Assembly (NCBI RefSeq): GCF_009914755.1
Contig: NC_060925.1
From: the human T2T-CHM13v2.0 reference genome, Homo sapiens
Length of the DNA stretch: 64,000 nucleotides
Reading direction: 5' to 3' (one strand)
Part shown: positions 44,554-64,000 of the stretch, piece by piece
Layout: every line of letters starts with the position of its first letter
Position numbering within the stretch: the stretch's first letter is position 1
The notes under the pieces: generated by a model
Database searches by the model: none
What the model saw: the letters and a program-made list of their open reading frames with translations, nothing else
What the model was told of the DNA's origin: nothing
Translations under genes and position numbers: made by a program

Positions 44554-46285
44554 GTCCCTCTCCCTCTCCCTCTCCCTCTCCCTCACTTTCTCCCTCACGG
44601 TCTCCTTCTCCCTCTCTTTCCACGGTCTCCCTCTGATGCCGAGCCGAAGCTGGACTGTACTGCTGCCATCTCGGCTCACTGCAACCTCCCTGCCTGATTC
44701 TCCTGCCTCAGCCTGCTGAGTGCCTGCGATTGCAGGCGCGCGCTGCCACGCCTGACTGGTTTTCGTATTTTTTTGGTGGAGACGGGGTTTCGCTGGGTTG
44801 GCCGGGCTGGTCTCCAGCTCCTAACTGCGAGTGATCCGCCAGCCTCGGCCTCCCGAGGTGCTGGGATTGCAGACGGAGTCTGGTTCACTCAGTGCTCAAT
44901 GGTCCCCAGGCTGGAGTGCAGTGGCGTGATCTCGGCTCGCTACAATCTCCACCTCCCAGCCGCCTGCCTTGGCCTCCCAAAGTGCCGAGATTGCAGCCTC
45001 TGCCCGGCCGCCACCCCGTCTGGGAAGGGAGAAGCGTCTCTGCCTGGCCGCCCATCGTCTGGGATGTGAGGAGCCCCTCTGCCTGGCTGCCCAGTCTGGA
45101 AAGTGAGGAGCGTCTCTGCCCGCCCGCCATCCCATCTAGGAAGTGAGGAGCGCCTCTTCCCGGCCGCCATCCCATCTAGGAAGTGAGGAGCGTCTCTGCC
45201 CGGCCGCCCATCGTCTGAGATGTGGGGAGCGCCTCTGCCCCGCTGCCCCGTCTGGGATGTGAGGAGCGCCTCTGCCTGGCTGCGACCCCGTCTGGGAGGT
45301 GAGGAGCGTCTCTGGCTGGCCGCCCCGTCTGAGAAGCGAGGAGCCCCTCCGCCCGGCAGCCGCCCCGTCTGAGAAGCGAGGAGCCCCTCCGCCCGGCAGC
45401 CACCCCGTCTGGGAAGTAAGGAGCGTCTCCGCCCGGCAGCCACCCCGTCGGGGAGGGAGGTGGGGGTCAGCCACCGCCAGGCCAGCCGCCCCGTCCCGGA
45501 GGGAGGCGAGGGGGTCAGCCCACCGCCCGGCCAGCCGCCCCGTCCGGGAGGGAGGCGAGGGGGTCAGCCCCCCGCCCGGCCAGCTGCCCCGTCCGGAGGG
45601 AGGTGGGGGGGTCAGCCCCCCGTCCAGGAGAGAGGTGGGGGGTCAGCCCCCCGCCCGGCCAGCTGCCCCATCGGGGAGGTGAGGGGCGCCTCTGCCCGGC
45701 CGCCCCTACTGGGAAGTGAGGAGCCCCTCTGCCCGGCCACCACCCTGTCTGGGAGGTGTGCCCAACAGCTCATTGAGAAGGGGCCATGATGACAGTGGCG
45801 GTTTTGTGGAATAGAAAAGGGGGAAAGGTGGGGAAAAGATTGAGAAATCGGATGGTTGCTGTGTCTGTGTAGAAAGAAGTAGACATGGGAGACTTTTCAT
45901 TTTGTTCTGTACTAAGAAAAATTCTTCTGCCTTGGGATCCTGTTGATCTATGACCTTACCCCGAACCCTGTGCTCTCTGAAACATGTGCTGTGTCCACTC
46001 AGGGTTAAATGGATTAAGGGCGGTGCAAGATGTGCTTTGTTAAACAGATGCTTGAAGGCAGCATGCTTGTTAAGAGTCATCACCACTCCCTAATCTCAAG
46101 TACCCAGGGACACAAACACTGCGGAAGGCCGCAGGGTCCTCTGCGTAGGAAAACCAGAGACCTTTGTTCACTTGTTAATCTGCTGACCTTCCCTCCACTA
46201 TTGTCCTGTGACCCAGCCAAATCCCCCTCTGCGAGAAACACCCAAGAATGATCAATAAAAAATAAAATAAAAAATAAAAAAAAAT
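44554..46285 (+). mobile_element. Full-length SVA retrotransposon, sense to the host
   Basis: (CCCTCT)n head, Alu-like region, GC-rich VNTR (~45000-45760), SINE-R, AATAAA and A-rich tail; TSD AAATATTTTGGAACTC at 44538-44553 and 46286-46301. Confidence 0.97.
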
Positions 46286-46984
46286 AAATATTTTGGAACT
46301 CTTTTTTAAATTATAGTATTTCCTTTAAAAAAAAAATAAAACCAGCTATTGGTATGGCACATGTGTATTTTCCTCATTTATATTTTAAGTAAGCCATAAA
46401 ACCTAGTCACTATTTTTTGACATATAACTATAAAAAGAATATTTAGTTTTAAATGTGAATAAATTAAAAAAAATAAGGTGTCTATTAGGATTGGCAATTA
46501 GAAAGTCATTGATGACCTTAGGTAGAGCAGTTTTAGTAGATTGAAAGTAAGAATTGAAAGTAAGTAAAGGTCAGTAATTTTTTTCTTTTAAAAGAATGTG
46601 GCTGTGAAAAGAAGGCGAAAGGGCAGTAATTAGAGGGAAATGTAGGGTTGAAGGAGAGGTTTTAATGTTTGTTATCAAAAGATGTTGAGGATGTTTACAG
46701 ACCGTAAAAGGGAAAGGTTGAAAAGACAGAGGACACAGGCACTTAGAGTATGTTGTAAAGTAGATTGTTTCAAAATTAATTAACGTATATATTGGGAAGT
46801 AAACCAGTTAAGTAGACTATGAATGTTTGGGATATATGTTTGTTGTAACTTATAGCAATCACCAACATATAGAATACTCAAACTCAATTTTAGAAGTCAT
46901 AGGAAACTAAGAGATTTTCTAGACCAGTTTCTTTATTAAACATATGAGGAAATTGAGACCTGTGTTTGTACTTTTGCCTTTTGA

Positions 46985-47328
<344 letters not shown>

Positions 47329-47752
47329 TAATGTATAAGCTTGTCAGAGCTTTTCTTTTCTATCTTTCTTTTTTTTTTTTTGAGATGGAGTCTCACTCTG
47401 TCACCCAGGCTGGAGTGCAGTGGCATGATCCTGACCTTGTGATCCACCCACCTCGACTTCCCAAAGTGCTGGGATTACAGGCGTGAGCCACCGCACCTGG
47501 CCAAGCTTTTCTTTTTATAAAAATAATTTTTAAAAGACACAGTAAGGTAGAGTAGGGCTGCAGAGAGGACATCATGGAGTTATGTCATAAATTCACACAA
47601 CGGTCAGGTGATTTGATATAGTTCACCTTTTTAGTTGGCAGCTTTAAATTAGGTCATTTCATGGTTCTATTTGTCCTTTTGGCATTTCTTTAATGACAAG
47701 TGTCATTATATATATATATTTATATATATAGATATATATATATATATTTTGA

Positions 47753-47863
<111 letters not shown>

Positions 47864-49125
47864 TAGCTGGGAGTACAGGCGCCTGCCACCAAGTCCAGCT
47901 AATTTTTTTTTTTTTTTTTTTTTTGGTATTTTTTAGTAGAGATGGGGTTTCCTCATGTTGGCCAGGCTGGCCTTGAACTCCTGACCTCAGGTGATCCACC
48001 TGCCTTTTTCTCCCAAATTTCTGGGATTACAGGTGTGAGCCACCGCATCTGGCCAGGAAAATAATTTTGAAGTCAGCCTTTTCCATTTTTGGGTGGCGGG
48101 TGGTGGGGAGCGGGGGTGGGCGGGGGTGGGTCCTCAATCAGATACTTAATGTAACAACAAAGAAACAAATTCCTCTTTGACTATCCAGGACGATTATTCC
48201 AGATGACCATCCTTTAGATTTAAATAGCTGCTAATGTTCAGTGTAAAAGAATTGAAAAACTGAGTGCGGTGACCTATAATCCCAGATGCTTGGGAGGTTG
48301 AGGAGGAGGGATCACCTGAGGCCAGGAGTTAGAGACCAGCCTGGACAACATAGCAAGACCCCATCTCAAAAACAAAACAAAGACTGGGCACGGTGGCTCA
48401 TGCCTGTAATCCCAGCACTTTGGGAGGACAAGGGGGAGGATTGTTTGAGCTCAGGAGTTCAAGACCAGTCTGGGCAGCATACTGAGGCTCTATCTCTAAG
48501 CTAAACAAAACAAAAAAAGAATTGATAAAATGTTTTGCCAAGTCTGATGACGTACAACATTTTTTGTTTGTTTGCTTGGGAGTGGAACCTTTGGGTCTGC
48601 CTCCGCATTGCAGTACTATCTCCCCACTTGCTAACACTCATCCCAGGTTTATGCTTTTCTTAAGAGGTGTTCAACAATTTAATACCTACTAGTTCAGCTT
48701 TTTCATTGAAGAGGGAGTAATAATTATACCTTACAGAGTGCTTTCTTTTTTAATTTTCATTAACAAAGGGTTGGAACAGATATTTTTATTATCCTCATTT
48801 AAGAAGAGAAAAAAACAGGTAGAAGCTAAGCAAGTTTTCTAATGCCACACCATGCTAAAAGATTGTAAATTCCCATGGAAAGACTTATTCTGACAAAATT
48901 ATCAATGGTTAGTGTATTTTTAATGAAATTAAAAATGAAATTATAAGCCTGGGAAATGTTATTGAGGAATGTCTAAAATTCTATTGCTTAGCTCTGTTAA
49001 GTAGCTGTAGAGTATTAGTCCCTAATTAATAAACCAAATAAGTAAGATATGCTATTTATTGAGTTGGAAGTTTTAATATAGAGTATTGCTAAGCACTTTT
49101 AAATCCTTTGTTAAAAATAAAATTG

Positions 49126-52005
<2,880 letters not shown>

Positions 52006-52415
52006 AAAATAAAATTGCCTAGTTTATCCAACAGTTAGAATTGGCATTTGATGAATATTTTGAATAATATGATTTCATTAAAAATAATAGTTTTGTAATT
52101 TTGTACAAAAAATAGTTTTGTAGCCTATAAAATGAATTTATAGGTATGAGAGGACTGGCTGCTAATTTTTCTATCTTATAATTGAAGATGAGTTGCATTG
52201 GTTTATATAGTAGACTGAGGTACATGGTAGAATACCAATGTTAAGTTCAGGCAGATCAGAATTACAGTATTTCTAGTTTTAGTTCTTGTTTTTAAGATAG
52301 CTTTTTTTTTATGTTTTTAAGATAGCTTTATAACAAAATTCACCTGTTCAAAGTGTAGAATTCAGTAGTTTTCAGTTGTGAATTACTTTCAGTAGTTTTC
52401 ACAGTCATGCGGTAA

Positions 52416-52768
<353 letters not shown>

Positions 52769-53423
52769 TAGGATCTCACTCTGTTACCCAGGCTGGAGTG
52801 CAGTGGCACGATCCAGGCTCACTGCAACCTCTGCCTCCTGGGTTGAAGTGATTCTCCTGCCTCAGCCTCCCAAGTAGCTGGGATTACAGTCGTGCTCCAC
52901 CATGCCTGACTAATGTTTGTATTTTTAGTAGAGATGGGGTTTTGTCATGTTGGCCAGGCTGGTCTCTAACTCCTGACCTCAAATGATCCACCCACCTCGG
53001 CCTCCCAAAGTGCTGGAATTACAGGTGCGAGCCACTGAGCCCGGCCTAATTTGTTGATTTTTAGTAGAGATGGGGTTTTGCCATGTTGGCCAGGCTGGTC
53101 TCAAACTTCTGGCCTCAAGTGATTTGCCTCACTCAGCCTCTGAAAGTGCTGGGATTACAGGTGTGAGCCACCGCACTTGGCCTTAGGTTGTTTTTTTTTT
53201 TTTTAAACTTGTGCTTTTGGTGTCATATTGCTTAGTGCAAGTCCACAAAGATTTGCTCCTATGTTTTCTTTGAAGAGTTTTAGCTCTTATATTTGGATCT
53301 CTTATCCATTTTGAGTTAATTTTTGTATATGGTGTGAGGTAGGTCCAACTTTATTCTTGCGCATGTGAACATCCAACACCATTTGTTGAAAAATGTTCTT
53401 TCCTTATGGAATTGTGTTAGTAT

Positions 53424-53846
53424 CCTGGGCTTGGGATACTAAACAGGCAACACCTGGCCTCTTCTGAAACCTGCAGATGTATTTTTCACCCAAGAAAATT
53501 TGAATTTTGAGACCCATTCTCTTGGATAACTATGTTGATGAGAAGTGAGTATATATAGACCTCATTTCGTAAGCCCAGTATAACTAACACCCGTGATCAT
53601 GTTCTGTACATGACTACAAAAAGTGCAAACGGTAGCCAGTTCCCATTTTTCTACCACTTATCAACTTGGAGCTGCTACTTTTTGTTTCCAATAAGATTGT
53701 GTTTTACGTTGATGTCCCTCTGCAGGGTACCTCTGGGTTCCTTCATAATACCTGTATGTTTCTTCAGAATGATGTTGACATTTTCTGGAATGTCAATAGC
53801 CTGATTGCTGAGAATTGTTTTCATTCTTGCAGTGGATGTGGCAAAG
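53424..53846 (-). pseudogene. RPL9: Processed pseudogene of RPL9, 5' ~140 codons only (ATG 53824), embedded in an old L1M
   Basis: Minus strand reads [74 protein letters not shown] across frameshifts; pyrimidine-rich 5' leader; no 3' part or poly(A). Confidence 0.92.
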
Positions 53847-54620
53847 CTTCAACTGTTACTGTTGAATTGTCTATTTCTCACTTCAGTTCTGTCAGTTTAT
53901 GCTTAGTGTACTTTGGGGTTCCGTTAGGTGCTTTGGTTTTAATTTTATTGTGCATCAAAATTATGCACAATATGGATTAGATTCTCTGTATGTTAATACT
54001 GTTGATGACTAAATAAAACAATGTTTCTGTCTCATGTGCTGTGACCAATAAGTGGAGCTTGTTTTGATATGGATTAGATGCTTAAAAGATTTTCAGTTTC
54101 ATCAATAGTAGATTGTCATGTCTGGATTACATAAAGAAGCACTTGTCTCTGAGAAGGCTCTTGACTTCATTGGGGCTGTGGTTCATTATAAGGGTCTGTG
54201 TGTATGTGAGTCACAGTGAACTGCAGCACTTTAAACATGGCTGAGATAAAGTACTTAAATCACTTTGTCAGTATATTAATTTTTATTGAGATTAAAGGGT
54301 AGAAGATAGTAATATTTCTTGACTTTCCCTAGAAGAATTTGTGTCAGTAACTATTAATAGCATCTACTTTTTATACAACCAAGTCTTAAACTATATCTGG
54401 CTTGACAGGAAGAAGCAAATAGATAAATATCTATTATATTTTATGGATATTCATTCCCTTCCTCCCTCCCTTCCTTCCTTCCTTCCTTCAGCTGTAGTAC
54501 AGTGGCATGATCCCAGCTTACTGCAGCTTCAACCTCCGTGGCTCAAGTGATCTTCCTGCCTTAGCCCCCTAACGCCTCCAGTGGGTGGGACTATAAATGC
54601 ATGCCACCATGCCTGGCTAA

Positions 54621-54773
<153 letters not shown>

Positions 54774-56159
54774 TAATCTTCATAGCAATATTTTGAGGTG
54801 GGAGATAGTGTTCTTACTTTACAAATGAGGGAATTGAAACCCAGAGCCCAGAGATTTATTAATTTGGCTAAGGTCACTGAAAAGTTCTCTTTTCATTCTG
54901 TCATTCTTTCAACAAATATGCCAGGCTTTGAAGATGCAGCCATGACCCAGTCAGACACTTGCCCTCATGAAGTGACTTGTCTGGTGGAGTCCTTTTACTG
55001 ATACTTCTTTGAGCCATATTTCATATAATGACATATATTTGTAGAATTCTTTATGAAGTATTTCTGCATTGTCATCTAATTTTCTAATCCTTACCACAGT
55101 CCTATGACCCAGATGGGTTAGATATTATCCCCATTTGAAAGTAGGGAAACTGATACTTAGGGTTATTCAGGTCATATAGTTAGTAAATGGCTGAACCAGT
55201 ACACAAACCCAGATCATTTGGCTCCAACAATCCTGCACTTTTTCCATTACACCACATTGTCTCGTGATTTCTCATGAAACTGTAAGGCTAGATCACCAAG
55301 AGTGATATCCTGGAAAGAAACCAGTCTAGCGGCACTTAGCAAAGGAGAGCTCAACCAGGGAATGGTATGTGGGAAAAGAATAAAATCCAGAGACCCAAAA
55401 GCTGTGTCTAGTGTGCTGAAATGGACTTATTGTTAAATAATGGTAGTGAGAAGAAATTTGGAGAGAGACTAAAACATGAAAAATATTAAATGGACATGGT
55501 CTTAACAGCATCTAGACAGGCTTAGGACACAGTAATTGGCAGGGGCTTTTTTTTTTTTTCTAGAACAAGCACCTGAAACACAGTGAATTTAAGAGGAAGA
55601 TACCCAAACATCAGACTCTGTGCAGAGCTACCTGCCACTGCAAATCAGGGTGTAATCTTAGAGGAGGGGATTGCTTTGTTTTACATTGATTACTTTGGCT
55701 ACTTTCATGTATGTTCAGAGATGGCAATCTATCCTATAAAAACATTTGAGTGCTTTTTCTGTGTAAAAGCACTTTTAGGCATTGTGGGAGTGATACCAAG
55801 GTAAGTTTGACACCATCATTACCCATAAGAAGTGTGTAACCTAGTAAGGAGATTCTGCTGCATTCAAACATGCTTGTTCATCCGGAGTCTATTATGTATA
55901 AGACCGTGTACCAGGTATTTAGGAGACAAGAGTAGATAAGTTAGAAATTGCTCCTAAGCCTTTGGCTTATACTGTCAGTTGCTTAGAGGGTATTTGCTAT
56001 CTCCTTCCCTTAAATCTAAGTAATTACAAACCTTTTAAAGTAGAGAGCAGGACTTGAAATTCTCTTGGCAAAACAGTAGTCAATTCTGCCATCCTTGTGA
56101 TTTGGCCACAAACAAAACCTGACAGCCCATGGGTCAGAGCATAGGTGTCATACTAGAAA

Positions 56160-58430
<2,271 letters not shown>

Positions 58431-59273
58431 CATGACTTATTTAATACTGCACTGTGTAGTGCTGATTGATTATAATGCTATGCTAAATAGCATGTATGAA
58501 TATATTATAATAATATATAACAATAGACATGTATATATTTTTAAAATCCATGGTAGTAACCTGTTAACCTATACCTCTCTCCCTGCTCTGTAGTGCTTAC
58601 TGCATCTGTAGTGGGAGTATTAATAAATTCAGATATACTATAGTGTTTATATGTTATTAAACTATATTTTTTCTTTTCCTTTTTCTCTTTCTCTTTTCTT
58701 TGCAAAACAGTGAGCACAGCTTCTAGCTCATGGAAGCATTTTTTACACTGAAAATATTTCTAAAGGGTGAAAAGAGGTAAAGGAGGAATGTTGTTTCCAA
58801 ATATATACATACCTAGTGGTTAAGAATCTGAGACGTGAAACCAGATTGCCTAGATTCAAATTCTGGCTGTGTCACTGTGTGTGACCTTGTGCAAGTCACT
58901 TAAATTCTTTTTGCCTCCATTTCTTCATTATCCATTCAACAAATATTTGACTGCTTACTATATATCCCAGACACTGTTCTGGGTGCCAGCAATGCAACAA
59001 AGAGCATTAAGAGAAGATCTCTGCCCTCTTGTAGTATACATCTTGGAGGGCCTAATTATACCCACTATTTAGGATTGTAAAGAAAAGTAAAAGTTTAATA
59101 CCTAAAAAGCACTTGGAAGAGTGTCTGGTACATAGTAAGTGGTCAATAAATATTATTATTCCCTCTCTTCTTTTCTGCAAAATAGACACAGTGTTTTTTA
59201 TTTTTATTTTGGACACAGAGTATTAATGTATTAACTAGTTTATGAAAGTTTTTGATAAATGCAATAGCATTAA

Positions 59274-59583
<310 letters not shown>

Positions 59584-59848
59584 TGAGCCACCGTGCCCGG
59601 CCAGTATAGTCTTATATTTGTCCACAATCTGGGTGCTCCCATACATTGTTTGTCATTGAGCTCTAACTTGGTAGACTTGTACACTACTGGCCAGTAAATC
59701 TTACCATATGCCATGTTACAAAAGCTCTCAAACAGTGAGTGCTCTGTCACATATTTAGAATGTGCTAAATGTTGAAGTGAAAATTTTACAGTGGTTCTTT
59801 TAAGGAGTCTTGATGGAAATGATAGAGAAGTCAAGAGTGTGAAGATCA

Positions 59849-60170
<322 letters not shown>

Positions 60171-60299
60171 TCATGATAAACATCAATAAAGCCTGGAAGG
60201 ATTGATTATTAATTGTATAGCATTTAATAGGAGAAATTTTTTAGTGGTATTTATTAACTTGTAAATTTATAAAATCTCAGCATTTATTCACATGGATAA

Positions 60300-61570
60300 A
60301 GAATCAGAGGTGGGAAAGAACATGATACTCTTGAGGAATAAGATGTCAGTGTAGATGTAGAGAAGTAAGCAAAAAAGAAAGTGACAAAAGTATAAACTGG
60401 AGAGGTAGGCAAGTGTTAAAATTGTGCCAGACCTCATAAGGTCTTAGTAAGGAGTCTTGATATTATATTTAATTTTATTATCAAGATATATTTAATATCA
60501 AACAATTGAAGAATTTCAGGTAGAAGAATCACTTGAATAGATCTTTCAAAATATAAGTTTAACAGCTGAATGGAGAATGGATTGGAGGAGGAGGAGGCAG
60601 AAGTAGATATAAGAATATTATTGAAGATAGTATTTCAGTAATCCAGATGTGAGATAATAGTAGCTTGGATGAAGGTAGTAGTTGTAGACAGAAAAGTAAA
60701 TTGGTTTTCATTAAATGAGAACATGATTTAATGTTGATTGTGAGCATTATGGGGAGAGGGAGTGATAGAGAATTACTATAGCGTGAACAACTGGGTAGAT
60801 GATATAGAGAATAGAGAAGAAAACATTGATTAGTATGAAAATAGATGTATGTGTTGAGATGTGTGTGGAGCATGGAGACATTGAGTAGGCACTTAGATGT
60901 ATAGCTTTAGAACCCAGAAAAGAGGTCACTCTTTTAAATTGGAATTTCTTAACAGATGGTGTTTGAAGCAATCATAGTAGATACAATTCTCTTGGAAAAC
61001 AGTATAAATTGAGAAAAGAAGAGGACTGAGTACAGAACTCTGAGGAATTTCAACATTTAAGATTGGGTAGAAGAGGAGGAGTCAGGGATGAAGATGAGAG
61101 ATAGATGTCAAAAAAAAATAGAAGAAAGTAATTTGTAGTATCACACAAGTCATGGAAGAAGAGTTTCATAAAGGAGGAGGATGTGATCTAATATAATTGA
61201 ATGTTGCTAAAATGTCAGATGAAGTTAGGACCAAAAAGTGTCCATTAGTTTTAACAATATGGAAGTTATCAGTGACTTGAAACAAGAATGGTGGGGAAGC
61301 CAGAGAAGAGTGAGAGCATAAGTAGAAGGTGGAGAGGAGGATGCACAGAAAGTAGACAACTCTCTTGAGAAAATATTCCTCTTGAATGTGAAGGGTTCAC
61401 TGTTTGAAATTTGAGGTGTAGTGGAACAACCAGATGGAGAACTATTTCATATCAGATAGGTGAAGCTGTGGCCTCAGAATTTGAGTGAGAGGTGATGTTT
61501 ATAGAAATCTGAGTCATTCGAATGGAGGTGGTAAAGACTTTGGAAGAAAAGGGAGCCAAACTGGAAGAGC
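60300..61570 (-). mobile_element. L2 relic
   Basis: Degenerate L2-like text, e.g. GTAATCCAGATGTGAGATAATAGTAGCTTGGA and AAGTGTCCATTAGTTTTAACAATATGGAAGTTATCAGTGAC. Confidence 0.65.
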
Positions 61571-61610
61571 ACCTATAGGCAGAGATTTTCTTTGGGTTGT
61601 CATTAAATAA

Positions 61611-61847
<237 letters not shown>

Positions 61848-62234
61848 TGAGGTCAGGTGATCCACCCGCCTCGACCTCCCTTACAGGCATGGGCTACTGT
61901 GCCCAGCCTGTAGTGTTCTTTAATATAAGTAATTTGAGCATGGATTTGTTTCATCTAACTGTTGTCCTGAGCTTTGACTGAGACAATTCAGGTTATGTTC
62001 TTTTCAAATTTGATGTGGTTAAAAGTTAGAAACAATGCCCTAAATGCTCGCAAAGAGTTGTCAAGATAGGAGCATACATAGGATCTAATTTTACTGCAAG
62101 TGTTAGGCTATATGATTTTGTGAACCTACCAATTTGGCTAGTTTTCCAATTGGTACTTTGTAAGTGAAATATATCACTTGCATTGACTGGATCAGTAGTG
62201 ATTCATAACGCTGCTTTATATATACACTCTGTCT

Positions 62235-63685
<1,451 letters not shown>

Positions 63686-64000
63686 TTATTTTTTATTTTT
63701 TATTTTTTTTAGACAGGCTCTCACTCTGTCACCCAGGCTGGAGTGCAGTGGTGCAATCACAGCTCACTGCAGCCTTGACCTCCCAGGCTCAAACCATTCT
63801 TCCACCTCAGTCTCCTGAGTAGCTGGGACTATAGGCACATACTACCATGCCTGGCTAATTTTTATATTTTTTTTGTAGAGACAGGGTTTTGTCATGTTGC
63901 CCATGCTGGTGTTGAACTCCTGAGCTCAAGCGATCCACCCACTTTGGCCTCCCAAAGTGTTGGGATTACAGATGTAAGCCACTGTGCCTGGCCACAGAGC

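Larger units (their letters stand above)
43323..46474 (+). pseudogene. PDCL3: Full-length processed pseudogene of PDCL3 (phosducin-like 3; probably PDCL3P6, recalled); CDS 43355-44063; 3'UTR interrupted by an Alu and an SVA
   Basis: [26 protein letters not shown]...[50 protein letters not shown]; frameshift deletion near 43413; premature TAG near 43485 and TGA at 43929; TSD AA(A/G)GTGTCTATTAGG at 43308-43322 and 46475-46489. Confidence 0.96.

Noticed and set aside
44885-46086. Repeat-spacer-like array and stacked ORFs
   Set aside because: This is the SVA VNTR and SINE-R, not a CRISPR array or gene.

Overview
Human (primate) genomic DNA, repeat-dense, with no prokaryotic features. A CpG-island promoter and first exon (about 5.3-6.35 kb, + strand, donor GAG|GTGAGT at 5908/5909) are followed by about 58 kb of apparent intron 1; I found no convincing coding exon of the host. 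I recognise the host from memory as probably ZFYVE9 (SARA, 1p32.3); this is unverified. The intron holds five retrocopies: 7SL, a 3' ADH5 fragment inside an AluY, a full-length TRA2A copy that retains the NMD 'poison' exon, PDCL3 interrupted by an Alu and an SVA, and the 5' part of RPL9. It also holds a two-LTR ERVL (LTR16/HERV16-type) provirus, a full-length antisense L1PA3-type element (ORF1 open; ORF0 and antisense promoter facing the host direction; ZNF93-type segment retained), older L1/L2/MIR/DNA-transposon relics and roughly 50 Alus. I do not see a new multi-gene system. The most unusual items are the poison-exon-containing TRA2A retrocopy, a possible ancient Penelope-like (GIY-YIG) relic at about 30.6-31.5 kb, and several templated-insertion or inversion scars.
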